DNA from: Amphiscolops sp. MND2022
Lineage: Eukaryota
DNA length: 64,000 nucleotides
Direction of reading: 5' to 3'
NCBI GenBank assembly: GCA_964187785.1
Contig: OZ076409.1
Span: forward strand, 89,034,001-89,098,000
Below the pieces are notes generated by a model, which was not told the origin of the DNA, did not search any database, and saw nothing but the letters and a program-made list of their open reading frames with translations. Within the stretch, counting starts at the first letter, position 1. Every line of letters begins with the position of its first letter. The position numbers and the translations under genes were made by a program. This document shows positions 14,907 through 26,000 of the stretch, piece after piece.

Positions 14907-16821
14907 TGTCATGAGCGTTTAGGTCAGGGGTGTCATTGTCTGACTGATTCCCTTCCTGTTCATTTCTTAAGTTGTTTTTTGTATTTGAGTTTCGCTGGAC
15001 TTCGGAATTTAGTTCCGGTCTCTCGGACGGAATGTCCCATCCTTTTCTGGTCCCGTGTCCTGATCCGGCCATAATAACGTTTTGGATTTGAGGAAGCACC
15101 TGGGTGCTGATCGCATCATTTATGGCCCTCTGAATCTGAACACTCACAGAATTCATCATCTCGTCCATTTCCCGTGAAATGCGAGAATTCAATTCACTTG
15201 ACAACCTGTTAATCTCAGCACTAGAGTTGGCTGTAACTGAATTTTGGTCATACTCGGTATTTGTTCTAGAATGATCATTTCTCAGATTTCTACTCACACT
15301 TGCATTTTCATTCTCAGATTCATTGCTTGCAAAGCTTCTAGACCTTCTAGGCAAGTTACTGTTCAAACTACCTTCTCTCTCTCTCTTGTGTTAAAATGAT
15401 TTCCTCCTAACATAATGTCTATGTTCTCGATGTCTGACAGCATCTCGAGTCCTCTTGACTTTCTTGCTTTTTTCTGTTTTCTAGTAGTAGGCATAGAAAC
15501 AATTCCGAATTAACAATAAATTAATCAATACGGAAATAACAGCGAAGCCGTTTGGAAATCAATCTTTTCTAGAGTCGTATAATATGAATTGTGTCTCACT
15601 CAAGCTAAACACCGGTATTTATACCCCTGAGTGGGTGACACTCACATATCTTACATATTTTCGTCCAAGATTGACATTGTAAGGTATGTAATGCACTTGA
15701 TTTTTACATATCTCTGGTATTTACCAAGTATGGTTTTGAAAGATATCAGCACCATAATATTCCCCGTTTACATATTTCCTATGTCATCGGAAAACATCAA
15801 TCACATATTTCTGTGAAATCCTGATTGGGAGAATTCTTGACATATTTGTCTCCCGAAATGTAACATCAAACAATCAACATAATGGTAAATATCCTTAACG
15901 GTACTTCAAACAACATATCTATTCAACATATTATTATTGCAATGTCAACAAATGTTAAGCTCGTTGTTGGAATGAGAAGCTCGTAGCACTGGTATGCAGT
16001 GTTAGCACGTGCCACCACGTGGCTATAGGTCATCATAGGGGGAAGCAAATTCAAATAACACATGCCCAATTTTTTTAAATATCATTGCATCACTAAAACA
16101 GGGTACTTCTTAAAAGGGCCGAAATTGGCCAAATCCTGATTAATAGTACAATATTATGGGGAATAAGGGTAAAAGGCCTCATCCGGCCTTTGATCAGCGC
16201 TCGGCTCTTTTGGTTTGTTGAAGGGTACATTGGTATTATTTTAAAATTAAAGCACTTCCAGAATAGTCCCCAACTAATATGGTTAATTGTGAGTACAAAT
16301 AATTCAGCATCATTCGTTACGCTAAGACGGCCTAAATCGGCCGTTTGACCAAAGCGCGTAGTGGAGAGTATACATTGAGTCAGTTGGCCATACTCGGCCA
16401 CTATACAATCAAAGCAGTACTAATATAAAAAGGGGAAGCAACGTGATTGGCTAATATGTTGAGTTCAAGTGACGTCTCCGGAATAAGAGTTTCGTTCACT
16501 TGAACTCGTTTCCTTTACGTCGTACAGCTATATTGCTACGTATTACTTTTATAATTGCAAAGCGCCTTTCAACCTTTAAAGCCACAATTACATTATTTGG
16601 ACCTTCAAATGTGATTTTAACAGACTAATTTTACATGTGCAAGTATATATTAAGGCTAGCAACATTAACAAACGTAATATATATTGAATAACAAAATGGC
16701 GTGAAAGTTTCAAGTTCTGTGTTTTAACCTGGTCAATAGATGGGTAGTGTTCCGGGTATAAACTCCTGTCCGTTCGCCGATGTAGTAACTGTCGTACCGT
16801 CACAGGCGGCAGCCTGCGACA
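14907..16821 (-). repeat. 3' LTR (1915 bp)
   Basis: Direct repeat of 29348-31262; flanked by the TSD copy CCGGT at 14902-14906. Confidence 0.97.
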
Positions 16822-17515
16822 CTGCGGGTGTGATAAAAAGAAAACAGCCAGCATTAAGTCCGTTTTCATATGCTTCCTTTCTGAGTTTCGTAATGTATCC
16901 AGGTTCGTCTCTCGGTGTAGATCGTTGCATGTACCATTTCACCTTCTCGTCCTTGATTGAGTCCACTGAGCGGCCACAAACCATGCACCCTGTATAACGT
17001 ACCTCGCTGACATTTTGGTAGGGCACTGAATTCTGCACATGGTAGTACGCATGAAAGTTACTCGAAGTTGGCTGGAGAAGGGGGGTGTCTACACTTGGGC
17101 CCCTTTCGTGCTCTGGTGGGGACATAGGTGACTCTAAGACGGGCATTATCGTGTTACAGAGCTCTATGCGCTTCTTCTCAAATTTCCTTGGCGGGGCATA
17201 GCACATTTCTCTATTGAAGTATTTAAGGCCTAATTTCGGTGTCACCCCTTCTTCCATTTGAGGCGTACTTGGCCCAGCTCTCGCCTCGTCTTCGGGTTCA
17301 TCTATAGTCATTACCCTGCCCCCGATTAGCATTGGGCTAGAAGTAACTTCTCTTTCAATCCGGGCTATCAGTTGCTCGGTGTCTGTCGAACAATCGGTCT
17401 CCCAGTCTGAGGACTCATCTTCACTACTGGATATGTAGATTACAGATTTATCAGAGTTATCAGAATCGTATTCTTCAAAGTCAAACAACTTTCTTGAGAG
17501 GTTAAATTTGCTCAT
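16733..17515 (-). CDS. Accessory ORF3 of the retrotransposon (260 aa, unknown function; acidic N-terminus, CxxC)
   Basis: Intact ATG-initiated ORF whose last ~29 codons lie in the 3' LTR. A homologue in the related element starts MEKFNLSRK (38560) and ends VSQAVACDG...PGTFPIY (36989). Confidence 0.8.
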   Translation of the reverse strand: MSKFNLSRKLFDFEEYDSDNSDKSVIYISSSEDESSDWETDCSTDTEQLIARIEREVTSSPMLIGGRVMTIDEPEDEARAGPSTPQMEEGVTPKLGLKYFNREMCYAPPRKFEKKRIELCNTIMPVLESPMSPPEHERGPSVDTPLLQPTSSNFHAYYHVQNSVPYQNVSEVRYTGCMVCGRSVDSIKDEKVKWYMQRSTPRDEPGYITKLRKEAYENGLNAGCFLFITPAVSQAAACDGTTVTTSANGQEFIPGTLPIY

Positions 17516-18379
17516 TATAGTTTTTTGGCGTTTTTTGAAGCTGGTAAGGCGACCGATTGCTGAATTATTTAAGACAGAATGAATCTACCTAAATCCCGTC
17601 GCGCGCCGAGTTAGGACATTTTCCCGGGTTTTCTACTCGGCGGTAGACCCTCAGGTTAATCGTCCCGAATCGTCGTAAACTTTTCTGAATGGAATTTCTA
17701 GCGGCATCGCTTCTTTGAATTGTAGGTGGTAAGCCCCCTTAACATCACTCCTCAAGTGGGTGAGAGAAGCATCTTCAAGTAGTTATCAACAAATAACTTC
17801 ACTTCAAGTGGGTAATTAACGGGTTGTTTGCTGGTGATTAACGGCTTACGTTACTGAGTCTCCCCAAAATGGCTACAGCCAATCAGAGTTACCCATTGAT
17901 AAAATGAAAAATGAATAAATAAAATGGCGAAAAAGATAAGTTTGAATAATTCAAAATGGCGATAATTTCACCTGGGCATGATTGGGGCGATGGAACAATC
18001 CGGCCAAATAAGATGAGGCGGACGGCCTTAACCGGCCATCAGCTGAATAATCTGTAAATAGTGAAGATTTTCTGTACATTTCGCTGGCAGACTCCATGTA
18101 CAATCGTAAATATGTAAATAAATATATAATATTAGTCTGGTAATTTCTTCAGCCACGAACTCCAGTTTTCAATTTCTTTATCCAATTCCAATTCCTTTAA
18201 ATCTACAATTTTCGTCTCCTGGGATCATCTGCTGTCACTCTTCACGAACTTTGTTGCTGATTCTTCATCTTCCGTCAAAACCAGTTCACTGAGTCTTTTT
18301 TCACCTCCGTATTCGGCCTATTCTCCATAGACTCCTTCCCCTGTAGGCTCACATCTCATCCTCCATAGGGAGCAGCTTC
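17516..18379. promoter_or_regulatory. Putative internal bidirectional promoter between ORF3 and the antisense gene
   Basis: Lies between divergent starts. CAGCCAATCAG (CCAAT at 17879-17883) and AAAATGGCG (YY1-like) at 17921 and 17953. The region is recognisably conserved at 38561-39010. Confidence 0.5.
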
Positions 18380-21300
18380 ATGGCTTCAAAATCAGGTTGG
18401 TCTGGATTTTCTTTTAATAACTTGAACAACTTTGACTTGATCAGAGACAAAACTTGTTCACAAACGCTTCCTGTTTCTGTTTTTGTTTCACATGTTTTGA
18501 CTAAACAGCCAAACTGAAAGACACTTCTAGAAGTTTTCTAACGCGGTAAAATGGATTTCTTCCAAGGAAGCATACCGCCTAATTTTATCTCCTTCCATTT
18601 AGGGAATGAAAATACCGAGGAAGGACAGACACCAGCCTCTGATTCCAACATCCAGACTACACCGAATGTAATGCCATCTCCACCGCCATTTCCTCCCCTT
18701 AGAGCTCCCATCTCTCCCAGCAGTACTGACAGTAACGTTGATGTCACTGCATATGCTGAAGAAAGTGTTAGGATCTACGAACATGTCCAGGGGTTGACCT
18801 CAACACCGACCATTGACCTAGACGGTAAAGGTCCCGAGAAGATTGGTGAGTCTGAAGAAGCTAAAGGAAGAGAGCCAACAGAGACCAGAGAGTGAACTAC
18901 TAACGTCTCTCCCATTAATCCGATCCAAACTGATCCGATTTCCCCAATCATTCGCGCCAGCACCCCGACTCCAGGGGCTTCTATTACCCAGTTGGAAATG
19001 GATTTGACCCAACTGGAAAGTGGCCTAAGAGTTGCTACTTCCTCTCGAACCACGCTAACAGAATTACAACCTGCCGCTCATCCCAACAATGAAACGTCTG
19101 CAGTTTCTTTCCTCCAACACGAGACTGACGACAGTTCGTCTTTTTGTGATGCCCCAGAACTTGCCCAAGGAGAGACCAAGGTACGGTTCTTAGACGAGGG
19201 AACTGAGACAGAAGAGGCAGGGGATGGGACAAGTCAGCTTAGCTGCCCCGAATTATACAGCTTTATCCCTGCTCCTCACAATCCATCGTCAAGTGGAGAT
19301 GACACCCTTACTCCTGTCCTTAAGGGCTCGACTGCTGAATCTAGGCCAACCACCGCGGGTCCATCTCACCCTGAATTGAGGGAGTTATCTATAAGAAGTA
19401 GAGCTATTTTGAAGCAATACTTCGATGAAGATGCCACAACCGTCTCCCTTCCTCTAGGCCATCGAACTGTTGCCTTTACGGAGCCACAGATTTATCACCT
19501 CCTCCGTGTCCTCACTGACGAGACATTGCAGATGTCTTACACGACCATGGAGAAAATGGTGCTTGGCGCAGTCAGGGGAGCCCCAGTTACGGCCGAGTCT
19601 CGAACGGACCATTTCAAAATCAGGCGCAGGGCACAAACTCCTCATCCACGAGACCTCAGTGACATCAGCGATGGATCACAGAGTAACGATGATTCCGGGC
19701 CATGTACTGATTCAGTCGGTGACCCCAATACTGAGAGCGAAGACGGGGTTTTCGATTCTCCCAACGAGACTGATAGTTCTGCAGAAATGGCCCTAATTTC
19801 TCGGGCCTTCAAAAAGCCTAACGAGGTCGAACCTGATCCAACCAAACAAAGAGCAGTTGATGTCGGCCGTCAGAGCGAGGGTCATGAGTCGACCGGGCAG
19901 TCGAGTTTGGATGCAACATTGTCAGAGCTGCGTCACCAGGAAGCACCACGTCCAAGCGAGACTAATAGAGAGTCCAAAAAGAGGCGGCGCAGGCCCACCA
20001 GAGGGGTCCCCATGAAGGAGGAATTCTTCGCAAAGATTGGGTGGACCCGGTCTTTCATCTCCGGACCAGCCGACCCGTTACACAATCCCCATATGGTATG
20101 GTGCCATATTTGTAAAAAGAATATTTCGGTGAAGTCCAAGGGCACTTTGGAGATTTTACGACATCACACTGGTACGGTGCAACACCGAGTGAGGGGCAGA
20201 AACGGCAGAATCCTGACCAAGATAGAACTGGCTAAAGAACTCCCTCTCTTCATACATGCCGAGCTGGTTGATATCGGGGAACGTTTCCCCTTTTACGACG
20301 ATTTCGTCAAGGGAACTGCGACCACCCTTGTGACTCCAGCGTCTCGAGCCAAGTCCCAGATTCATCTCGTTGCGGATTTTGTGCAGTATCAGGGAGATCT
20401 TTCCATTTTGCGGCGAATGTGGTCACAAGTCGGCTCCCTAACTAACTACCAAGCCAGCTATTGCGATTTTGACTGGAGTGAAGAGAGAGTCTCGGTTGGT
20501 AGTTTCGCTCTTTTTTCCCTCTTTTTCTTTCTTTTTTCTTCTCTGCCGAGATGTAATGTAAATATCCGATTTATTATTTTTAATTTCTTTTAAGGCAATC
20601 TTCCAGCACATCTTCACCTGTGCCATGGAGGACATGGCGGAACAGATAGCGGCAACCCAGTGCTTTGGCCTTGAGTACGAACGGGTTGGAGTCAACAAGC
20701 TCATGTCTGTGAGATTTTGGAAAGGAGACTCACTATGTAGAGTCTTCGTTTGCCGAAGTGGACTTCCATCAGCTGACTTGACAGGAGAATTGGGGTCCCT
20801 TTCCAGATTTCTCTCGGTAGTGTCCACCAAGGCTGACATAGTTGCCTGTTCTGGCTGTCCCGTTGAGCTGATTTGTACCATTGACAGATGCGCATTGTTT
20901 CCACCAGCAGTACAGAGCTGTTTTCGATTCGAGCATTTGGATCTGCAAACCATGATGCGCAAGCCCACTTAGAGTGTTTTCGGCAGAATCGACTTTTTCT
21001 CTGTGTTGAAGAGTCTACTGGTGTCCTTAGGATCTGCTGCCGATGAGGATTGGGCGATGCAATCACCAGAATTATTTAAAGTTGGTATCCTTCCTTTCAC
21101 AGGGTGGCAGTGTTGACTAATACACATGATGCACTGGTTAACAGAGGTTCATTTTAGGCTATTTCCACTTGCAAATTGAATTTGCCTGATCTCCCTGGTC
21201 TCTGCCGTGACTTGTCAAAAAACTGGAAATCAGTGCGTTCCTTCTTGAGTGCTCACACTCCTAATCAAGGCATGCAAGGGGTTCACAACCAGGTAAGGAT

Positions 21301-22789
21301 TCTTTTCGGGCCTTTTGAACTTCAATGAGTTGGTTTCCAAGTCGATGGGTTAATGGATCGGTGACGTCAGTTGCATGCGACTTACTTAGGTCATGTTACA
21401 GGTTCAGAGATTTGAATGGTCCCTCATCTGCGACACCTTCTTTGTTGTGAAATTGGAGTTCTTCCAACGCATTATCAGCGACTGTGAGTATACGGACTAT
21501 TTTAGATTTATCATTGTTTGCTTCTAGTTTCATATTCCAAGAGCTTGAATCCTGGTAGGATAGTAGACCGTGTTTCCTCGGTTGGTCTTTAGGCGTACAG
21601 TTGGATTTTTCCATGTGATCGGTCGTGTTTCAGACGTATCCAGTTTCGTTGTCAACCTTCAGGGCAGACGAGATGCTACTTTCTTCCTTTGCGGGGAAGT
21701 CTGTCGATTCTCTCTAAGTTGTGCTATCGCTGTTATCTACCCGAGACGATTCCTGTTGAGAACGCTTGGTTCCTTTTGCTTGGTTTCGCCATCAGTGAAG
21801 GCAAGTTTCTTACTGAAGAGGACTTCCTGGTCCGACTGCGCTTGGTGAACAAAGTAGCAATTGCAAGCAAACAAAGTGCTGAAATCGTTCACCTAAATAA
21901 GAAATCTGAGAAGGCTGCAATTGAGAAGACGGCGGATGAGGCAACTTCCAGTGTTGCCAGGGAAAGCCTCCACTTTGTGCAGTATCTCTTGAAGGAGGTC
22001 CTCAATCAAACCGGACTGCGATCGGAGATTGTGAAGGGGTTGGCAGCTTTCGACCCTTTCATTTTGTTCAAAAGACCTTCAGAAGTCGGCCTTCGTCATT
22101 TTGATTTGTTATACGCTACCTTCCAACATCGGTCTTGGGTCTCAGCTGATAACGAAGATGCTTGCCGGGAGGAGTACATTGCCCTATTGGACCATATGCG
22201 AGTGAACTACTCTCCTGACTTCGATCTTCTAGAGAATTCTAAGGACCTCATTGACTTCCTTATGGGACTGGAGTTCTTCCAGACTCATGAACATTTACTC
22301 TATTTGTTCAAGTTGTGTTGTCTGTGCTTGACCAGTTCCAGTCCTCAGTATCCTCCCGTGTTATTTGGGAGTGTGGACACCACTGGATATCGTGGACGTT
22401 TTACTGATTTGGTCTTGCCCTGCCAAAGTTATCTTTCTTCCGTTCCTGATTCCACCTCTGGGTGCGTAGCCGATGCCAATTTGGATAAATTTTCGCATCT
22501 CAGTGCCACTTTCGAACAGTCTGCCTTTGGTGCCGATTATGACCCGTGGACGTATGTTGATGTGTTTGAGCGATCGAAAATTTATAAGAGCTTATTGGCT
22601 TGATATAGGCTCACTACATCCATCTCTGTTGTTCGCTCAGTTCGCTTGGAGGAGAGGAGTGTTTCGTCCGTCCCCGATGAGTCTGCCTTGAAGTTTCCCT
22701 CTAAGTTGCGAAGGAAGAGGCAAGGCAGCAACAGTTCAAGTCTTTCCTCAAGTTCTAAGAAGCCTGTCCAAGGTTCCTCTAAAGACTAG
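18380..22789 (+). pseudogene. Antisense multi-exon cargo gene inside the retrotransposon: BED-finger, hAT-transposase-like protein
   Basis: ATG at 18380. Phase-compatible GT-AG introns at 18396-18602, 20495-20594, 21081-21157, 21293-21401 and 21484-21527; structure between about 21550 and 21800 is unresolved. BED-like WCHICKKNISVKSKGTLEILRHH and hAT-like segments NWKSVRSFL, LEFFQRII, LAAFDP and HLLYLFKLCCLCLTSSS. In-frame stops at 18893, 20970 and 22601; final stop at 22787-22789. Confidence 0.75.
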
Positions 22790-23016
22790 TATGTACATAT
22801 GTATTTATGTACGTTTTGAAACTGTAAACTTTTGTTCATTCTCTTAATGCTATTGTATTTGTCTCCGTTTTGTTTCTTTTTGATCCCGTATTTATTCTCT
22901 TCTCCAAGGGATCTTCTAGATGTCCCGCTATTTACTCAAAAGATACTAAAGGGGCCGAAAAAATGAAAATTAAAAGATAAAAGAGAAGAACTCCCATTTT
23001 CGGGAAAATTCAGTTC

Positions 23017-26000
23017 TTAGTATCTGAAGTCTTCTGAGTAGTTCGGATTAGGATTAGGCCTGAGATTATATTTCCCTCCTCTAGGGCTCAGACTTTCATT
23101 TCTAGCATCGCTTTCAGATATTTCGGGCACGATAATATCATCCCCCTTGTTTGGGTAATTTTGTGTATCGTTTTCATTCGTCAAGTTTCTTTCTGAAAAA
23201 TTTTCATCGTTTTCCGGTCTATCTGCCGTATTCGGCAATGATTTTTCTCGGTTTTTTGGGGAAACGGCCGGATTCGGCCAATCAGATTCTTCATTTTCTG
23301 TGACTGCAGTAGATTTATTTCTTTCAGTGACGTCATCATTTAAGTGGTCATTCCGGCTATGCACCGCATTGTCGTTGTTCGTTACTTCTCGCGTGATTAT
23401 GTAATCCGCTTCATTCTCGGTTACGTCATTTGTATTCGTTTCTGCCGCATTCGGCCGTTCGCCATTCGGCATGCTGGTCGGAATAGTCTAGTTGCCTCGT
23501 GTAACTAGCTGCTCGCCAAAGTCGGTTTCCCACGTTATGACGTATAAATCATCTTGCGGAATGACAATTTCTTCGTCTGGCTGCAACTGTTGTTCTCGGA
23601 AATTATCCTCAAGCGGTTGATTGGGGACAAACTTCCTAAGGCGAATCCGATGTAAAATTTGAGTTTTGTTCGTATTGATCCGTCGTACTATATAGTTTTC
23701 ATTTGGCAAAACTTTTTGGACTACAAATGGTCCAACCCAACGATAGTCGCGGAATGGGATTTTTGATCCCTGATGATCCGCTTTCGGCTGTAAGACGAAA
23801 CAGTAATCATTCTCCTTCAATGGAGCAGCTTTTGCTTTGCGGTCGTAATATTCTTTGTACTTGATATACGACTGCATAATGTTCTGCTTCGTTTTGTCAA
23901 TCAAGATTTTTGTCCGGTTTTGGATTTCTTCAGCAAATTCGGTTATGGGGTTGATCTGCTCGTTTGGATTATTTCCAAGCTTGTGATCCAAGATATTAAA
24001 TGGAATTCTTCCATGGAATACTCTCGTCGGCTCACAACCGATGCTGGCGTGATAACTAGTATTATGATTCAGTACTGCTAATGGCAAGTATTTGTGCCAT
24101 TGTCGGCGATATTCCCCACATGCCATTTTGAGATTTGTTTTCAATGAAGCATGAGTTCGCTCCAATTTCCCGATTGTCTGCGGGTGTTTTGTCGTTGCAC
24201 ATTTGAGTGTGATGCCCAAAATCTGCGTAACCTCCGCAATAATTGTAGAAGTAAATGCAGTACCTTTATCAGTGATAAGAGTCGTTGGTAGATATGAGTG
24301 TTTAGTCATAATGTCAATGAGCGCTTTTGCTACATTGATCGCTGATGCGTCCGTAAGGGGGTAGGCGAACAAATATCTGGAGAATACATCAATTGCCGTT
24401 AGGACATTTTCATATCCTCCACTTGGGGGAAGGTTCAGCAATAGGTTGATTTGCATGGCGTCTTCAGGTCCAAGGTCCCATTCGGGCAAGTTGAGCAGTT
24501 CAGGTGTGATCGTTGCGTTAGGAACTCTTTTGTCTCTGGCACATTGTTCGCACCCTTCTACCCACTTTTTGACGTGTTTAGCCATGCTAGGGTAGTAATA
24601 CCTCTGTCTAATTTCCTGCAACATTTTTGAAATCCCAGGATGTTTATGTGCTGTCCCGTGGAGAGACTTAAGCAGTTCCTGAAGTAAATGTTGCGGGAGC
24701 AGAATTTGATGGTATTTAACGTTCCCTGTTTCATCAAAGTATTGCCTTGTCAGGATTTCGTCCTTTAGTACAATTCGTTCCAGATTATTTGCATAGTGTC
24801 TATATCGGGCATCCTGTTGCAGTATGTTTTCTGAATAATCTTCATGAAGGAGTTTTGCCTTCAATTGTTGTAATACTGCATCCTTGGATTGTTCAATAAT
24901 GATCTGGTTCGTTTTCCTCAATCGGATTTGTATATCGGGGTGTTGCTTGACCAGATTTGTTGACAAAGTTTGTATAGTAACAGTGGGCTCATCAGTTGCT
25001 GGATTTTTCCTGATTGCTTCTTCTCTTGCCCAGTACTGTTCCTCTGTCTCATCGTCGTCATTGGTGTAGAAGATTTGTTCTTCTTGTGACACTCCTGCGG
25101 ATTGGACATTGATTTCGATTGGTAGTGTTTGTACATCTTCACGAATTTTCATCACCAATTTGTCCTTTGGATCTGATTCCAATCGGGACAAATAGTCGGC
25201 AGCTGTATTTTGTGCCCCTGGGATGTGTGCTATGACAAAATTGAACTGAATGACATAATCACACGCGTTCCACAGGGCTGGGGGTATTATTTTTGTTTGG
25301 AAAAACCTCGTGACAGCTTTGTTGTCCGTAAGGATGATGACCGGTTTCGGCGCACCCCAGAAGATATGCCCGAATTCTTTGAATGCAAAATAGATTGCAA
25401 GGAATTCCTTGGCATAAACTGACATTTTGATCTGTGCTGGGGTGAAAGTTTTTGATCCATATGCGACTGGTGCATACGATTTTCTGAGTGACGTAAATTT
25501 CTGGCTTGGGTCGTCTTCGATTAGGACCGCGTACCCGGCTGCACCAAAGCTTGCATCAGTCACTAGTGCTATTTGCTTGTTTGGAATGGGTTGCTGTAGG
25601 GCCAAGTCGCAACATTTGTCTAGTGCTCTATTGATTTCTTCGAATTGTTGGACTAATTTTTTCGATACTAGGACCTTTTCGTCACTTTTGAGCATCTTGT
25701 AGAATGGAGCAAGGCGTTCGGAGAGTCTTGGGACATAATTCCTGTAGTAGTTTAGGAATCCCAAATACCGTTGTAAAGCCTTTTTCGACTTCGGGAATTT
25801 GGTCTTTTCCAGAAAGTTTTGCACGTTCTGTTTCTGGGGCTTGACGCCGTGTGGGGTAATAGTCCGTCCGAGAAAATCAATTTCTTTTGCACCGAAGTGA
25901 CATTTGTGCATTGTTAACTTAAGGCCTGCTTCCTGAATGCATTTGAACGTAGCTCTCAGGTTCGTCATGAGGTGGTCAACATCATTGGCTGCGATGCCGA

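Noticed and set aside
18893..22603. Programmed readthrough or selenocysteine at in-frame stops of the antisense gene
   Set aside because: The stops are mixed (TGA, TAG, TGA) and the copy has other lesions; mutation is simpler.
16733..22789. env gene after pol
   Set aside because: No signal peptide, furin site plus fusion peptide, or TM anchor is seen. The hydrophobic tail of ORF 18992-20593 is translated intron polypyrimidine tract.
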